From: a virus
Lineage: Duplodnaviria; Caudoviricetes
Virus record (IMG/VR): IMGVR_UViG_3300047160_031539
Span: 9,633-73,632 of that record
Reading direction: 5' to 3' (one strand)
Length of the DNA: 64,000 nt
Numbering within the stretch: the stretch's first letter is position 1; each line of letters starts with the position of its first letter. Under the pieces are notes generated by a model, which worked only from the letters and a program-made list of their open reading frames with translations, was not told where the DNA came from and made no database searches. This document shows positions 62,233 to 64,000 of this stretch, piece by piece. The position numbers and the translations under genes were made by a program.

Positions 62233-62256
62233 CAGGTGGCGCAATTGCGCCACCTG
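62233..62256. repeat. 24-bp palindrome, copy 17 (perfect)
   Basis: 2 nt after the stop at 62259 and 24 nt upstream of TTGACA. Confidence 0.95.
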
Positions 62257-62258
62257 AA

Positions 62259-62525
62259 TCAGGTCTCGGGGGGCTGGTCGGGGGGCGGCATGGTGCCGTC
62301 GGCCATGCAGACGCGGGGGGACGGCCGGGTACCGGTCTGGGCGATCAACTGGTTGACCATGCGGGCCTTGGCGATTTCCAGGTTGAAGATGAGGAGCGGC
62401 ACGGGCCAGACGCCGTCCTGGACGATGTCGCAGGAGCCGTCGGCCTTGAGGCGGAGGGCGAAGGTCCCCATGACGGTGGTGGGGTCGCCGGGCAGGCCGA
62501 AGCCCTGGGGGAATGACACGGGCAA
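62259..62525 (-). CDS. Hypothetical protein
   Basis: 88-aa ORF; AGGAG RBS. Confidence 0.6.
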   Translation of the reverse strand: MPVSFPQGFGLPGDPTTVMGTFALRLKADGSCDIVQDGVWPVPLLIFNLEIAKARMVNQLIAQTGTRPSPRVCMADGTMPPPDQPPET

Positions 62526-62528
62526 CTC

Positions 62529-63836
62529 CTAGAAATATTGGGCCTGGCGGCCGGGGCCGCACTGGTAGGGGCCGGCCTGGACGGGGCCCTGGAAGGTGAC
62601 CCTGCCGGTGAAGCCGACGGCGTTATTGGGGTCAATGATCGCACTGGTGGCGTCGATGTTGGCGGCGTTGACGGTGAGAGGCCTTACGTCGCCGGCCTTG
62701 GTGAGGGTCGAGCCGCGGGCCAGGTTGGCCTGGGCGATGGTGCCGTCGGCCTGCCAGGCGAGGACGGAGCCGTCCAGCACGTTGACCAGGGCGTAGGTCT
62801 GGCCGGTGCCGGTGACGAGGACGCCGGAGCCGGAATAGACGTTGAGCGGGTTGGGCGCCTGGCTCTGGCCGCCGCCCGAGACGCTGGAGGCGCTCGTGAC
62901 GCCGCCGATCTGGACGGTGCCGGTGGCGCCCGTGTAGGTCAGGGAGCCACTGACGCCGACGCCGGGGCCCAGGTCGAGGCGGCCGCCGCCGTCCACGGTG
63001 GCACTGGACAGGAAGGCGACCTCGGCCGGCAGCATGGCGATACCGACCGAGGTGCCGACGACGCCGACGGTGTTGAAGGGGTTAATCCCCAGGAAGCGGA
63101 CGGCGTAGGGGTCCTGGGCGCCGCCGGCGTTGATGACCTGGAAGTTACAGCGGTTGGGCCCCAGGTCGTAGCGTTCCCGGGTGGGTCCCGAGCCGACGGC
63201 GCCCTGGCCCAGGAGGACGGGTAGTGAGGTGACCAGGGAGCCGAGCTTCAGGTAAGTCGGCCGGTACTCGTAGTAGCCGTTGGGGTTACGTTCGGGGAGG
63301 CCGACGGTGCCGGTGAAGGACTGCCAGCGGGTGTAGGAGTTGAGCTTGAACGAGGCGAACTGGTCGATGTTCCACAGGAGGGGGACGGACGTGTTGGCCA
63401 CCACGCAGTCGTCGCCGCTTTGGGGGAGGGCGTTGACGTTGTTGCGCAGCCAGTTCTGGGCGTTCAGAACGTCGCTCGGGCTGCTGTTGGGGGTCGTATG
63501 GGTCTGGGTGACGGCGGCGCCGCCGGTGGCACTGAAGACGAGGCCGCCGGGCATGCCGGCGAAGGGGGTGCCGGGGACCAGGGAGGTGGCGGTGACGACG
63601 TTGCTGCTGACGGCCCAGGTCTCCTCGTTGAACTCGGGTGGTGCGGTGGCCTGGGCGGCGAGGAGGGCCTGCCAGGCGGCGGCGGCGGTGGCGGTGGTGT
63701 CGGTCGAGAGGCAGGTGTAGGAGACGGACTTGCCGTTGATGGTGGCGGTCAGCAGGCCGCCGGTCGAGACGGCGGTGACGGTGGCCGTCTCGACCTGCTG
63801 GGTGGCCTGGGCATTCCCGACCCACTGGACGATCAT
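62529..63836 (-). CDS. Putative beta-rich virion structural protein
   Basis: 435 aa, Thr/Ala/Gly/Asn-rich; the C-terminal half resembles a beta-helix. Confidence 0.55.
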   Translation of the reverse strand: MIVQWVGNAQATQQVETATVTAVSTGGLLTATINGKSVSYTCLSTDTTATAAAAWQALLAAQATAPPEFNEETWAVSSNVVTATSLVPGTPFAGMPGGLVFSATGGAAVTQTHTTPNSSPSDVLNAQNWLRNNVNALPQSGDDCVVANTSVPLLWNIDQFASFKLNSYTRWQSFTGTVGLPERNPNGYYEYRPTYLKLGSLVTSLPVLLGQGAVGSGPTRERYDLGPNRCNFQVINAGGAQDPYAVRFLGINPFNTVGVVGTSVGIAMLPAEVAFLSSATVDGGGRLDLGPGVGVSGSLTYTGATGTVQIGGVTSASSVSGGGQSQAPNPLNVYSGSGVLVTGTGQTYALVNVLDGSVLAWQADGTIAQANLARGSTLTKAGDVRPLTVNAANIDATSAIIDPNNAVGFTGRVTFQGPVQAGPYQCGPGRQAQYF

Positions 63837-64000
63837 GGCGGTTGCCTCAGCTCACGCTCGAAGGAGAGGGCCCGTTCGGCCAGTTTGAGGGCACACTCGG
63901 CGGCCTCGGTGTCTTTGAGGCCCCACCGCTTCAGTTCCCCGAACGCCCGCCAGAAGAGCTTCTCGGCGTCCGTCTGGCGGGGCAGGGGCCTGGGCTTCGC
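63833..64000 (-). CDS. Hypothetical protein, 3' end only
   Basis: Open frame AKPRPLPRQTDAEKLFWRAFGELKRWG...RQPP-TGA overlapping the next ATG (ATGA). Confidence 0.55.
   Translation of the reverse strand, partial: AKPRPLPRQTDAEKLFWRAFGELKRWGLKDTEAAECALKLAERALSFERELRQPP

Noticed and set aside
977-62256. Treating the 24-bp palindromes as a CRISPR array or as intrinsic terminators
   Set aside because: They are kilobases apart with genes in between, and they lack U-tracts on either strand.
1-64000. tRNA, rRNA, integrase, transposase, terminase, tail sheath, endolysin, cas genes and DGR reverse transcriptase
   Set aside because: No recognisable motifs were found by eye. They may lie outside this window or be too divergent, so prophage versus lytic lifestyle is not assigned.

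Overview
A 64-kb, high-GC slice of a tailed-phage or prophage genome. Almost all genes are on the minus strand and tightly packed. The host is probably a planctomycete (Gemmataceae-like), inferred from a Planctomycete-type export signal and Gemmata-like genes. Read in transcription order (right to left), the window holds: (1) a head module with a Mu gpI-like protease/scaffold, decoration protein, lambda gpE-like capsid, gp36-like and gpG-like proteins; (2) a tail module with a chaperone carrying a -1 frameshift, a tube-like protein and a tape-measure-like protein; (3) a DUF935-like portal and a zincin-containing protein; (4) accessory genes; (5) a small plus-strand island (DHH, WYL); (6) Ser/Cys-rich fibre and spike genes; (7) a ~12-kb glycosyl-/methyltransferase and heptose-kinase cluster; (8) secreted c-type cytochromes; (9) a MoxR-vWA pair; (10) a replication module (Rad52-like, ParB-like, SF2 helicase, Prim-Pol). 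No terminase, integrase, tail sheath, clear endolysin, tRNA or rRNA was recognised. Three non-standard signals stand out. First, an in-frame UGA followed by a bacterial SECIS-like hairpin would fuse a Cys-rich domain to a GT9 glycosyltransferase, giving a candidate phage selenoprotein. Second, a 37-bp repeat / 38-nt spacer / 37-bp repeat mini-array has a spacer that exactly matches the start of one of the phage's own genes. Third, 17 copies of a 24-bp palindrome (CAGGTGGCGCAATTGCGCCACCTG) are spread every 1.8-6.4 kb, nearly all at gene junctions. All protein family calls come from motif recognition by eye, not from database searches.
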